Assembly (NCBI GenBank): GCA_036172245.1
Contig: JAYWIR010000081.1
Span: forward strand, 124,001 to 188,000
DNA: 64,000 nucleotides
From: Raillietiella orientalis
Taxonomy: Eukaryota
Reading direction: 5' to 3'
Below, in pieces: positions 1-11,986 of this stretch (position 1 is the stretch's first letter; every line of letters starts with the position of its first letter). The notes below the pieces were generated by a model. It saw only the letters and a list, made by a program, of their open reading frames with translations, searched no databases and was not told where the DNA came from. A program made the translations under genes and the position numbers.

Positions 1-3000
1 AACTTGCAGCTGCTTTCGCTGCGGCAAAGTAGGACATCAAGTCCGAAACTGCCCTCAGCCGGAGGTGTGCTCCTTCTGCAAGAAACACGGACATGTAAAA
101 TGGAGCTGTCCGGAGTTTGAAAACTGCAGAAGGATTCGAGGTCTCTCTTCCGTGAGAGAGAGAAATATCAAGGAGGCCGAATAGCCTCAAAAGGCAGGAA
201 GGCCGAAGAAGGTGAAAGAAGCCGTCCCGTTGTCGGCGGGCGCCTTCATAAAGGTGGGAAGGAAGGGAAAGAGGAGGATGCTCGTCAAGGAGCAAGCAAC
301 TCCTCAAATCCTGGAAGCAGCAGAGCAGGAAGGCGAGAAGATGGAGGTAGCGCAGGAAGGCGCGAAGGAAGAGAGACAGGAAGCCACTAAAGTGTCGCAG
401 GAGGCTCTGCAGACCACGGAGGAGTTAACAACACTGGCGGAGGAGATCATGGAGGTGCAGAGCGGTCCTCAGCAAGAGAAAATCTTGCAGAAGATCTGCA
501 CTGCACAAGAGAACATCAACCAGGTGGTGGAGGTCGCTGAACGCGAGAAGTTAGGGAACAGCTTCTCGACGTGAAGGCGAATTTCTGCGCCAAGGTCGAG
601 ATTGAGGCGCTATCGCGAAAACTGATCGCGCGGGCCGAACACTCGACGGAGGAGGCGGAAGTAACCGACCTCACAGGTACGGTGAGTGACGCCGGCAGCG
701 AGAAGCCCGCTGCTTCTTCATTGTCTGGAAGAGCACGCTCTCTCAGACAGAAGAAGCTCAGGAAGGCCAAAAAATAGGTCTTCCCCTTTTATGGCCTCTT
801 CCCTATCCACCGCCAGGAAGATGAACATCGCCTTCTGGAACGTAAACGGTGTGGTCGACCAGGGAAAAAGAAGAAGGATTGTGCGGACCATCGCACAACA
901 AGACATCGTGTGCCTGCAGGAGACCCACAGGATGGGTCTCGAGATCAGCCAGCGAATGGAACGGCGATTCAACGGGCAGATGTACGTCAGCAAAGGAGAA
1001 CGGAACACGAAGGGTGTGGAGGTGCTACTAAAGAACTACTTAGCCCGCACTATTCTGGAAGTGTTCTGTCCCCAACCCGTACGAACCATCGGCGTGCGAC
1101 TGGCCTGGACCGCAACTGTTCACCTTATCCTGGTGAACGTGTACGGCTTGCACAGACTAAAACATCGTTGTGCGGAGGCGCTGCATGCAACACTCCTGCA
1201 AAAGGTCGCCCTTAAGGACGTCGTTATTGTTGCTGGCGATCTCAACATCTTGGATGAGATCATTCATTCAGAAGACGCCAGAGGAAGGACGGCGTATCAA
1301 CGGCTATCCGACGAGTTCGGACTGGTCTGGCGAACAGCAAGCCACAAGCCGATCGATCACGTCCTGCACAGCACCGAACTTAAGAACCGCATCCAGGAAT
1401 TTCGCGACACTATGACTACGGTGTCCGATCACCCCCTGGTGCGGTTTCCCCTAAGAACGGAGAATCCTCGGCGGAGACAAGGCACCAGGGCAGCGCTCTT
1501 CAGCATGCCTGCCTGGTTCGAAACCCTTTTCTGACATCAGGCTGTCCTGGAGGCAATTCTGAAAGCAACAACAATCCGAAGAGTCGCCGACTGGGACAGC
1601 CTGAAACACAGGATACACCTGTTTGCGAACATGCAGGATACACCTCGCGATTGAGGCAAGAGGCGTACCGGGAGCTGAACATCCAAGATCGCTCCCTCTC
1701 AAAGTACTTCGATCAGTACTAGAGTCGGTACGTCCTCAATAACATAAAAGGGGAAGTAGGCGTGCTGGAGAAGAGAAATCTGGCAACAGATATCTTCTGC
1801 ATCCAGTACGACGGCCAAAAGCGACAGTCGTCTGAGGACATCGTGGATGCCTTTCACAGTGATTACACGAAACACTTCGGGCGACAACAGCTGTGTCGCT
1901 CTAGTCAACAGGGCTTCTTGAGCTATCTCGAGAAGAGGACCGACGACCTCCAGCGGAACAGACTGGAGGAGGAGTTCTCCGAAGAAGAGGTGAAGACTGC
2001 GTTTGGGCAACTTCGCAAGGACGTGGCAGAGCGCCCTGACAGTGTACCCATCACGCACTATCAGCGGTACCTGCACGCCTACCTGCGCTTGTTCCACCAG
2101 TTGACCTTCTGCATCCGGGAAGAAGAGAGACTACCTCATTCCTTGCACGAGAGTCGGATGAGATTGCTGCAGAAAGGAGGCGACTCTACCCAGATCGCCC
2201 AATAGATGCCAATCTAGATCCTAAACTCCGATGCCAAGTGGTTGGCGAAGATCTGGTCCAACCGCTTAGGCAAGGTCATGTCGAGGCTGATCTCTCCGGT
2301 CCAGACATGTGCAGTCCCGGGACGACACATGTCGGACAATGTCAAGTGTGACCAGGCAACTGTTGTACTCAGTCGATACGTCGGCGAGAACCTGGTGCTG
2401 GTGTTCACTGACATCGAGAAGGCTTTCGACTCCAGCGACCACGGGATGCTGCTGAATGTTCTGGAGAAGCTAGGACTTCCGGAACACTTCAGCAGCTTCG
2501 TGAGGGCAGTACTCCAGAACCAGTACTGCCGGATCAAGATCAACGGCCAGGAGACGGCAGCAATCAGGATGGAACGAGGAGTCCGACAGGGCGACTCTCT
2601 AAGTCCGATGCTGTTCGTCATCTATATGGAGGCGTTGTCGTCCTTTATCGAGAAGAGCGGACGACTAAGCGGGATTACCATCGATAGCCAGCGTCTTACC
2701 CATCTGGCATACGCCGATGATCTACTCTTCTTCATCAGGGGAGAGAAAAATCAACGTGCGTTTCTGGATGTGGTGGACCTGATGGAACAGGGCTTGGGCT
2801 TAAAAATCAATTCCCAGAAGAGCCAGTTCTTGCCCGTCGGAGTACTGGATCTCTCCACTCTAACGGGTAGTGGATTCCGTACGGTGGACACGGCCAAGAA
2901 CCTGGGAGTCTACATCGGCGACGGCTCTGCGTCGAAGCTGCTGTGAAAGGAAATCCTGGGGAAAACGGCCAAGGAAGCAGCCAAGTACACCCGAACGGAC

Positions 3001-4431
3001 CTTGGGATGAAGCGAAAGGCCAACATATGGAACGGAGTACTCCTTCCGAAAGTGCTTTTCGGGGCGGCCTCCGCGAGGATGAACAAGGTCACTACTAGGG
3101 AGTTCGACAAGGTGCAAAGAAAAACACTCTGGGGCCACTATCGCCCAAGAGTAAGATTGAAACCCCTGCGTCGTCCCAGGGAAGAAGGCGGTTCCGGGAT
3201 GAAGTCGCTTGCACATTCCATGGAAATCATGGATACGCGACACATCCTGGACATTGCCACTTACTGGGATGACTGGCCGTATGCGGCGCACAGGGCCTAC
3301 GCGTTGTTGCTTAACAGCTCGAAAGGCCTGATGACTGCGCTGCTAGGCAAAGTAGGGGAATGGATAACAATCGACCCGACCTGGAGGAGGAAGCAACGGC
3401 TGGTGCGGAAGCACCAAATCAAGATCGTGCCGCGAAGCATGGAACTCTGGCAGGACGAGTCCATCCTGGTGATCCCTTGGTTGCTTCCTGTCCCGCCGGA
3501 CACGAGAAGCTGGATCTACCAGCGGTCCAGAGTTACCCTAATGCAAATCCAGGAGTGGAGGCGAGGAGGCTACCTACATCAAACACATATACTTCGGTAT
3601 ACAGAGATGATGTTAGGAAGGTTTACCCACAGGACCCGCGAAGTGTGGTTCAACCACAACGATTTCGCATGGTCGAGGGTAACCAGAACAAACCTCCGAA
3701 GGCTTATCCAAGAAAACGACCGTGACACCAGTGCCCTCCAGGAAGCCACCGATAGCTACGGGAGTGAACGGTTTAACCTGTTAGCGATCGGCACGACGCT
3801 CTGGAGGAGTGACCTACCGCCGGGCACCCAGGATGACCTCCTGATGTTTTATCACGGAGGAATCCAGAGTGGGTCCCGATTGCAGCACTTCACAGGAAGA
3901 CGGGAAGTCCGAGACTGCGCAGCATGTGGAAACGACGACACGAGACTTCACGTCTTGACGTGTCCCACACTGCTGCATGACTGGCTGATCCTGAAAAGGA
4001 TCATAGGACTCACCAACAAGTCCGTTATGGAGATCCTCGCCGGGATGTTTCATGGGGATGGTAATGTTCCCTGTTACAATCCCATGGTGAGGACGACCTT
4101 AGCCCTCTTCATCAACGCCATACTTGTGCGGTGGTGAAAAATGAGGAAAGCCAGGAGAGTCGCACCACCGATGGAGATCCAACAAGGGCTCTTGAAGAGG
4201 GAAATCGGCATCACGAACTGCGGCAAGATCCACGCCTGGACGTACCGATTCATCCTGAAGAGGATTTAGGACGACGCCCGGGACCATCCAGCTGGAATTC
4301 CCCCCTGAAAAGCAGAGCTCTAGTGCAACCCCAGGACCCCCAAGTGCAAAAGGTTTGTATTGAGTGAATGAGAGTGCGAATGTAAATTTTGTATTTTTGT
4401 AGAAAAATAAACTTACCCCACCCCTTGTGGG
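1..4431 (+). mobile_element. Non-LTR retrotransposon family A (L1/Tx1-like, divergent from the other families); 5' part outside the window
   Basis: Charged ORF1 tail to ~777, then decayed APE-RT-zinc finger ORF2, T-rich 3' UTR, AATAAA at ~4406 followed by a CCCAC-N5-GTGGG hairpin; abuts a minus-strand ORF1. Confidence 0.9.
791..4308 (+). pseudogene. Family A ORF2 (APE endonuclease + RT + zinc finger), disrupted
   Basis: WNVNG, LQETH, NVYG, GDLN, IDH, SDH; RT motifs DIEKAFD, GVRQGDSLSP, YADD; CAAC...H...C; split across ORFs 686-1534, 1762-2205, 2242-2946 and 3007-4137 by stops and frameshifts. Confidence 0.92.
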
Positions 4432-5805
4432 ACTTGGAGAAACCTGCCGAGTCGGCGATGGGGCGACTGCATGCAGCGTGCTTTTGCTCGTCGCGACGCT
4501 GCTTTTTACGGCTTTCGTAGCCTTTGCAGTGGGGCCTGCGCTGCAGTGGGGCTGTCCGGAACTCGGAAGGGACAACGGAACGGGGCAAGAAGTCTTCGCA
4601 CTGTTGCGATCTTCCTGTTTTCCTACCTTTCCCTCCAGGGTGTTACGGAGATTTCCTTGTTCCAGGCTCGGAAAGGTGCCTGCGAGTTCGGCAGAGAGTG
4701 AAGGCACGGCACGCGTCAAACCCTCGCTCCCCTTTTTAATTGGCTTCCCCGCCGCGACTTTCCCCTTTCGGGGCGTTGCGTGCGGGGATGCTTTCTTTTT
4801 ATCCGCGGATCGCTTGTGGTTTTTTTCGAGTTTTTGCGGACGACGTTTTTTATTTGCCGCTGCGGCTTTTCGTGCAGTGGTCTCTTGAACCCGACGAATT
4901 TCCGCTGCGGCTCTTTTTCTTGCAAGTACCGGGCACTTTTTGATTTCGTGCCCGGAATCTTTGCAATAGCGGCATCTTGGAGAGGGGCACTCTTTAATTC
5001 GGTGCCCCTCCTTGCCGCACTGCTCGCACGCGCGAGTCTGGCCTATGAACCACAGGTGAACGACCGTGCCGTTCACTTGCAGCTGCTCAGGCACAACACG
5101 CCTGTTCGCGACGGTGATCCGCGCGGAAGCTTGTCCAATGTGGACAGAGGGGAAATTCTTTAGAGGATTTGGCCTCCTCCACAGAGCGTGCACGGCGGCG
5201 AACATCGCCAGCACACTTACGACATCGCGGTCGGAGATTTCCGGTTCGATGTCGCACAATTGAACGACAAAGGAGTCGTCCATCGCGGTAGGTAGGACTT
5301 CCTTGCCATTGATGGTCAACAACGTACGGAGAAGGCGCTGCACAAGTGCTGCGTTCTTGCACCGAATCTTCGTATATTCCATTCTGCCAGCAGGCATTAT
5401 GGCAAGGACTTCCTCCTCGCGAACGCCTATCCGGACGAGCTCATCATTGAGCTCACGACCGATTCTCCCGTTAAGTGGCCCACTGACCTTATAACGGAGT
5501 GCAGGCATGTATCCTGATGACACATATGCCTGGAACTCTGCATCGCAGAGTCCTGGTCTTTGGGAGGTAACAGCGGCGTAACTCCGCACCGGAAGCGAGG
5601 AAACCATTACGGAGGATGCGGCCACTTCAAGTGCAGCTGAAGTGCATCCAGTGGCTTGCTCCTCTACACTATCCTGTTTACTGGCCATGTTGCACTATGC
5701 TCTTGGCAGATTGCACAGGAACACACAAGTGCGAGCAAAAACGCAGGCACAAAGTTGCCCGATCGTTGGCGCGGATAGACGCGGAAACACGTCTGCACTG
5801 TACGA
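4432..5805 (-). mobile_element. Family B1 element: 5' UTR and ORF1 (start 5688), interrupted by family A
   Basis: ORF 4099-5688 has CEQCGKEGHRIKEC and CRYCKDSGHEIKKC knuckles; 5' motif AGACGTGTTT at ~5785-5794. Confidence 0.9.
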
Positions 5806-8800
5806 GCGCAAGAGATCGAACGGATCTCGGGTGGGCGGCTGTTGTGGCGTTGCGGCACCGCGAAATCAAGCGGTGTCGCCTTCCTGTTTCGGCCAGCCAT
5901 CGAGACCGCAATAAAGGACGTTCGGTTCGATGACGCAGGTCGCGTCGGTCAGCTGACTCTCAGCTGGTCCGACTCTATCGACCTGGTCGTCACCAACCTA
6001 TACGCTCCTAGCGGAAACAGCGCGTTGAGGGCGAAGGCAAGAAGGGAATTCTACCTTGCCCTGAGACGCGATTGGCTGACCGATGCAGGAGTTCGCAAAG
6101 CGCACCTGATCGCAGGTGATTTCAACCTGCGCCTGCTTTCAGGTGCGCCGGATACACTGAACGACCGCGTCAACGAGTTGTGCGCAGAAATGAACACGCG
6201 CAACTTGTTGGCCGGGGACACGGCCATGGAAAGCAACATCGATCACGCGTACCTTGATCAGCACCTATGCTCTCGGGTGGGTAGGCGCGGCAAGGTACCA
6301 TCCGAGCTGTCGGACCATGTTCGGATCATGTTCGAAGTGCGTCCGGGCGACAAGGGCTCCCCCTTGTCAGCGTGGCGACTGCCAGGGGACTGGCTGAAGT
6401 TTTCCGACGCGGCGGAGCACCTCCGCGCGTTTATTCGGAGCTTTAGGATGCAGACACTTCAGGACTGGGACCGCTTCAAGCGGTCGGTCCAGGAGTTCTG
6501 CGACCAGTTCCCTCTGCATCGCCTACCTGCGGGATTTGGGGAGGGGCCGCGTAACGAAAGGCGCTATCTTCAGGCCCTACTTTACGCGAGAACCCCCGAC
6601 ATGCGCAGGTTAGCAGACTATCGAGCGGGAGCCGAGAGGCAAGCCTGGCAATCCGGGTCGGCCAGCTTGCTGGACGACCAAGGCCGGGAGCACTCGGTTC
6701 CCGCTCAGAAACGCGGGATAGTGAGGAAATTTTACTCCTCCCTGTACGCCAGGGCGCCTCCGGAGCAGGCTGTCTCACGACTCCTGCTTCCGGAAGGTGC
6801 TCCCGGAATCGGGAAGGAGGAGAAAAGGAATCTCGACGAGCCTTTTACGATGGGCGAGATCATCTCAGCCATCGGAAAGCTCAAGAGGCGAAAGGCTCCA
6901 GGGGAGGACGACATGCCTGCGGAGTTCTATCAAACCTTCGCGACCGAGCTTACTCCTCTGGTACATCAGCTCACCTTGCTGATCCGCGAAACAGGTGACG
7001 TTCCCACTTCGTTTCGTTCAGCAAAGGTGCGGATCCTCCCTAAGGGAGGAGACCTTAGGAGCATGAACAACTGGCGTCCCATCACAATAGTGAATACGGA
7101 CGCCAAGTTGCTAGCAGAGCTGTGGGCAGAGCGCCTGGGACGGGTCGCCAACATCTTCATCAGCTCGGAACAGACGTATGCTGTTCTTGGGCGAAGTATG
7201 GAGGCGAACCTGTTCCACGCTTCAACATGGTTAGAGCTCCAACAAGGAAGGAGCATAATAAGCAACCGGAATTCCGGTGCGTCCGTCGGTGGGGGACGGG
7301 ATGGTCGGGATGGGAGAGGAGCCCTCGCGGTCGCAGTCGATTTGCATAAAGCATTCGATTGCGTCCACCAGAATCTCCTTTTGGAGCTTCTGGAACGCTT
7401 GGGCTTCCCGGCCTCTTTGCTGGCCTACCTGCGCTCCAGCTGGCGCGACGCGCTTATTAATGTTTTTTTTAGTGGATCCACCGTGTACGGTGTACCGGTG
7501 CGACGCGGAATACGGCAGGGAGACAGCCTCAGCCCCTTGCTCTTCAGCGCCCATTTCGAATTGGTGCTGAGAGCGTACAGGGAGACTCTGGCGCACCTGC
7601 CGTGCGAATGTCCCGGTACTCCTGCGGTTTCGGCGTACGCTGACGACCGTCTGCTGCTGCTGCCTATGTTCACCCCGGCAGCGGCGGTCGAGGAGTTCTT
7701 CGACCGGCTGAGTCGGGGAACTGGACTGACGATGAACAGGGCGAAGTCGTCCGTAATGCCAGTCGGAGCGGCGTGGGCAGGGCAGCAGGACTAAGTCCGT
7801 TTGGGAATCCCCACGGTGAGGTACTTCAAGTACCTTGGTGTGCCGTTGGGGGACTACTCCCCTGCGGAAGCGTGGTCCGGCTGCCTTCAGAAGGCTCAGT
7901 CGGCGATCGGCCCGTTCCAGGACGGCAGGTTCTACCTGCAGGAACGGGCCGCGGCGCGGAACGCGTTTGCGGCCCCCCTCCTTCGCCCCTTGCTTTTTGT
8001 TTCCCCCCCTCAGCGGAGTCTAAGAAGAGGACGAAGGACCTTCTGAGGATCGCCCTTTGGGGCAGAGGGAGGCCCCGAGTCGGTCTTTCGGACTTGTGCG
8101 CTTCTCGTCTGGATGGTGGTCTGGGCCTCCTGACGTTGGAGCGGCTGGAGCTACAGCTCCAGTTCCGAGTTTTTGCCTTTATGGCAGAAAATTGGTGCAC
8201 CCCTTGGTGCCTCCGTGCAGGTCTCCTGGTCGAGCGGGCCACCGGCAATGCGGGACTCTCGTCCTATGTTGAACTCTGAGGCCCCATCTGCCACTGCGGA
8301 CTTTAACTTCGGAGGGCGGCCAAGCTCGAGAAGAACAACTCGGCGCGGATCCTCGTACGCCATGCGAACGGTCCTAACTGGTTGCAGGAAACCGTCCGCA
8401 CGTGGGCGATGATTCAGGAGCAGAGCCCGCAACACGAGCGAATAGCTCTGTTCGGGCCGCATGCCCGCCGCACGCTCCGAGAAAGCATCGAGAATCCCCG
8501 AAGGAGAGCGTGGGCACAAAGAACCTCCCTTGTTGCGATACTGCCTACCCTACGGGAACATCTGGGCAGCGACGTGGCGGCACAATGGGAGGTTACTGCC
8601 AAGATCGCCAGCAGGGCAAAGAAGATCAAGGATTGGAGAACGGGTCAGCTCACCAACGCTGCGACCCCGAGGACCCCCGCAAATGGACTCTTGCGCTGGG
8701 AAGAGCTACTGGATGTTCCAGAGGAACATCTCGAGTGGCCCCCGGTGCTCATGGACTCGCGCACCCTCCTCATGAAGTGGCAACATTCGGCACTGCTGGT

Positions 8801-9446
8801 GTTGCATTGGGGGCTTCCTTGCAACGCCCGCCGACACCACTGGACGCGGGGGGGTGTCAACCCTAATTGTGTCAGGTGCGGGGAGAGGGAATACCTCCCC
8901 CACCTGTTAGTGGGTTGTGTTGCCCTCCTTCCTTTGTGGGAACGCTTTGCCGCAGCCCTGGGGATCCCCGGAAGCAACCCCAGAGACGCTTTGCGCCCCC
9001 TCTTCGTCCGTGACGCAATGCCTCCAGCGGCCTCGCTTGCAGCCCTGTGCTGCCTACGCGGGATCGTCGTGGCATGGAGCAAAGCGACGGTAGGATCCAG
9101 CGACAGGGATGCCAACGTGTATGCCGCCCGTTTCCTCATGATGGCGACGCGATGGCCTCATCTGGACCCACACAAGCAGAAACAGATTGCCGACATCCTC
9201 CAGAGGATGACGGACCCTCCCAGCAGACTGTGATCCCTTCCTGCTCCCTTCCTGATTTTTGATTATTTTTTGTTTTCTTTTTGTTTCGTTCCCCCTCCCT
9301 TCTGCTGCCGAGGTCGACCGCGCCGGTCTGCGCACCGGTAGCCCGGCAAGCTATATCTTTCCAGGGCGAGGCTGGACTACTGGTCCAGTCACAGATTGTA
9401 TAGGTTTCTTCGTGAGAATAAACGTCATGGCGCACCCGGGTTTCAA
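5806..9446 (+). mobile_element. Family J element: ORF2 (APE from EIERISGG, RT, zinc finger; ends 9233) plus 3' UTR; 5' part displaced by the B1 insertion
   Basis: 650-aa ORF 5842-7794 with NLYAP, GDFN, SDH, KAPGED, WRPIT, DLHKAFD, RQGDSLSP, YADD; CVRCG...HLL..C in ORF 8382-9233; AATAAA 9417 plus degenerate terminal hairpin. Confidence 0.93.
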
Positions 9447-9789
9447 TGGAGATTCCGGAGCGTGACGCCTCTCAGGTATTCGCGAAGGTGTTCCTTCGCA
9501 CCTGAGAGTCGCGTCCAGTCCCCCGGCAGACGCCAATCCATGGATGGCGGTCCTTTGTCGCGATGCCGCATGTCGAAAATTAACCGGGAATGGTCCGCCA
9601 ACGTCGACGCAACCCTCCCCCGTTTGCCGACCCGTGAACACAGGTCAGCGTCGAGGAAGACGTGGTCGATGCTGCGGACCATTCCCCTCTTACCCGCGAA
9701 CAAGTTGCGCGCACGCATGGCGGCGCACAACTCGTTCATCGCGTTCTCTTGTGTTTCTGGCTCAATTGTTAGCAGACGGAGATTGAAAT
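9447..9789 (-). mobile_element. Family E APE fragment, the downstream continuation of the element at 25065-27264
   Basis: FNLRLL...IDHVFLD...ADH; joins in frame to VRKAHLITVD at 25065-25100 across the TSD GATTGAAAT. Confidence 0.88.
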
Positions 9790-11986
9790 TTATCACGCGG
9801 TCACGCCGGGGCGTTTAATAATAAGAATAAACTGGTCAGGGACAATGTCCCCAACCAACAGAACGACAGAGAACATAGAAAAATTACCGGCACGCAGGCC
9901 TGGTAAACAGACCGCTCGCAGCGTGGGAGGAATGAGGGGAAACAAACAAAGATCAAAACCTGGAGGGAAGGGTAACGGGTTTTTGGTTAGGCTCCGTACT
10001 GACGGGAATTTAAACGAGGAGCATCTAAAATGTTCCGGAGCCTATGGAGACGCGGATGTAAAAAGAAAATACAAAATTAGTTTATGGAAGGTAGGGCAAT
10101 GATCACCGGGTTGGCGGCCCTTAAGGGTGTGTAAACCGGCGGCGTATAACGGCGAGATTCCTTTTTGTCTCCTCTGTCAAATGAGACCATCTAGCGGATG
10201 CTCTCATGTAGAAGGATGCTTTGCTGATTTCCTCTTGGTGCTGTCCGCTGATTACTAACGCCTGGCGGACGGAAACTATCGCGCGTATGCAACCGATGGT
10301 TGCAATCCTTGCGCTTAGTGACAGCCCGCTCGGCGTGAAGAATCGTCGCAGCAAGTCTCTTGCGGTGTCCACGCGATGCACTAGTGCTGTTGCCAGCCTA
10401 CGTCACAGTCCTTGTAGGACACCGCAGTCCAGAAGTAGGTGCGGAATCGACTCCGTCGATCCGCACCGAACGCAGTTCGCAGACGCAAGTCCCCTGGAGT
10501 CACGATGCCAACGCTCTTTGCACTGAAAACCCCAGTGAAAAAAAAAGCTGCACGGCTTGTTTCCAAGCAAGGAACAGCAGCGAACTGTCAATACACTGTT
10601 GAGGGACTACAAGTTCTTCGGGGGTTACAGCAAGTTCTTCTGCCCACCGGAGTAGACGCTTTACAGTAACACGAGGAGTGGCGGCGTCCGATAACTCACT
10701 CGTCTTCCAGGTAACAAGGAGTTTGGTTTTTCCCGCTATCGTGCAGGAAACCTCCCGCCTCGCCGGTTTGCAATTTTTGTTTCCTGCTCTGAGGGCAGAC
10801 AGCGCTGCGGCAAGAGGCGTGGCAGCCAGGGTATAAAACTTCACCTCGTCCTGCAGTACTTCTTCGAAGGATCGTAGAAAAAATTAGCGCAGGGGGCGAA
10901 GATCTTCAGAGCGTATTCCTTGGAACGCCGCCCAGGATTCAAAAGACTTCAGCCGCCAAGCTTCAAAGTTAGGCAGGAGATCCACGACCGAGCTTCCAGA
11001 AGTGCGGTCAACTGCCGCAATGGAAACCCGAAACCCCGCTTCCTGTATTGAGTGCCCTGCAAAAGCGAGAGAAATCCTCCGCTGCGGGCGGATCTCCGAA
11101 GGAGAATGCGGGCTGGCACACACAAGGGGGATGTCCATAGCTGGGCACACAGTGCCAGCAGTCCGAACTGCACCTGCAGTTCGATTCGTTCCATTGTCAA
11201 GATATTCAAACCAGCATCCCGACGCGGAGCTAACAAATCTTTAAGGCGGATCCTGGATCTTGCCGGACCCCAGAGAGCGTTCCTGAGCAGGCGTTGAGCC
11301 CTCTCTTTCGCCGCATAGGGGGGGTCCAAAACAAAAAACAGGGGACGGAGGAGCGGGGCCACAAAGGTGTTCCCAATAGTCGCCCGTTCCTGCAAGGTAA
11401 ACTTGCCGTTAAAGAACGGGCTGATGGCCAACTCTGCTTTCTGAAGACAGTCCGCCCACGCTTCGGCTGCGCCGTAAGCGCCCAACGGAACGCCAAGGTG
11501 CTTAACGTACCCGCCCTTGGGGATCCCCAGGCGGATCCAGTCGGACTGCCCCTTCCACGACGTACCCACATGAACGACCACGCTCTTCTCTCTGTTCACG
11601 CTCACGCCCGCTCCCCGACGAATCAGGTCGAAGAAATCCTCGACACTGGACGCCGGCGTGGACATGGGGAGCAGAAGAAGCAGGTCATCAGCGTAGGCGG
11701 CCACGGCAGGCGTTCCCGGGCAGGAGCTTGGCAAGTGAGACAGCGTCAGCCTATATGCTCTTAGCACCCACTCAAAGAAGATGCTGAAGGGCAACGGGAT
11801 TAAGCTGTCGCCCTGTCGGATGCCCCTAGGAACGGGAATACCATACACGCGGCAGCCGCTGAAAGTAATGCAGGTTAGCGCATGGCGCAATCACGCGCGC
11901 AAATACAGCACGAGTTGCGCGGGGAACCCAAGGCGTTCCATGAGCTCCAAAAGCAGCTTCTGGTTCACGCAGTCGAACGCCTTGTG

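Noticed and set aside
4099..4431. C-terminal ~110 aa of the 529-aa ORF; similar fusions at 11781-12746, 14459-15583, 41213-41974 and 51559-52272
   Set aside because: Accidental read-through across insertion junctions, not evolved fusion genes.
5842..7794. Bacterial RT systems (group II intron, retron, DGR, CRISPR-RT)
   Set aside because: The RT is fused to APE and a zinc finger, preceded by a CCHC ORF1, and accompanied by AATAAA and TSDs: eukaryotic non-LTR architecture. No template/variable repeat pair or array was seen.
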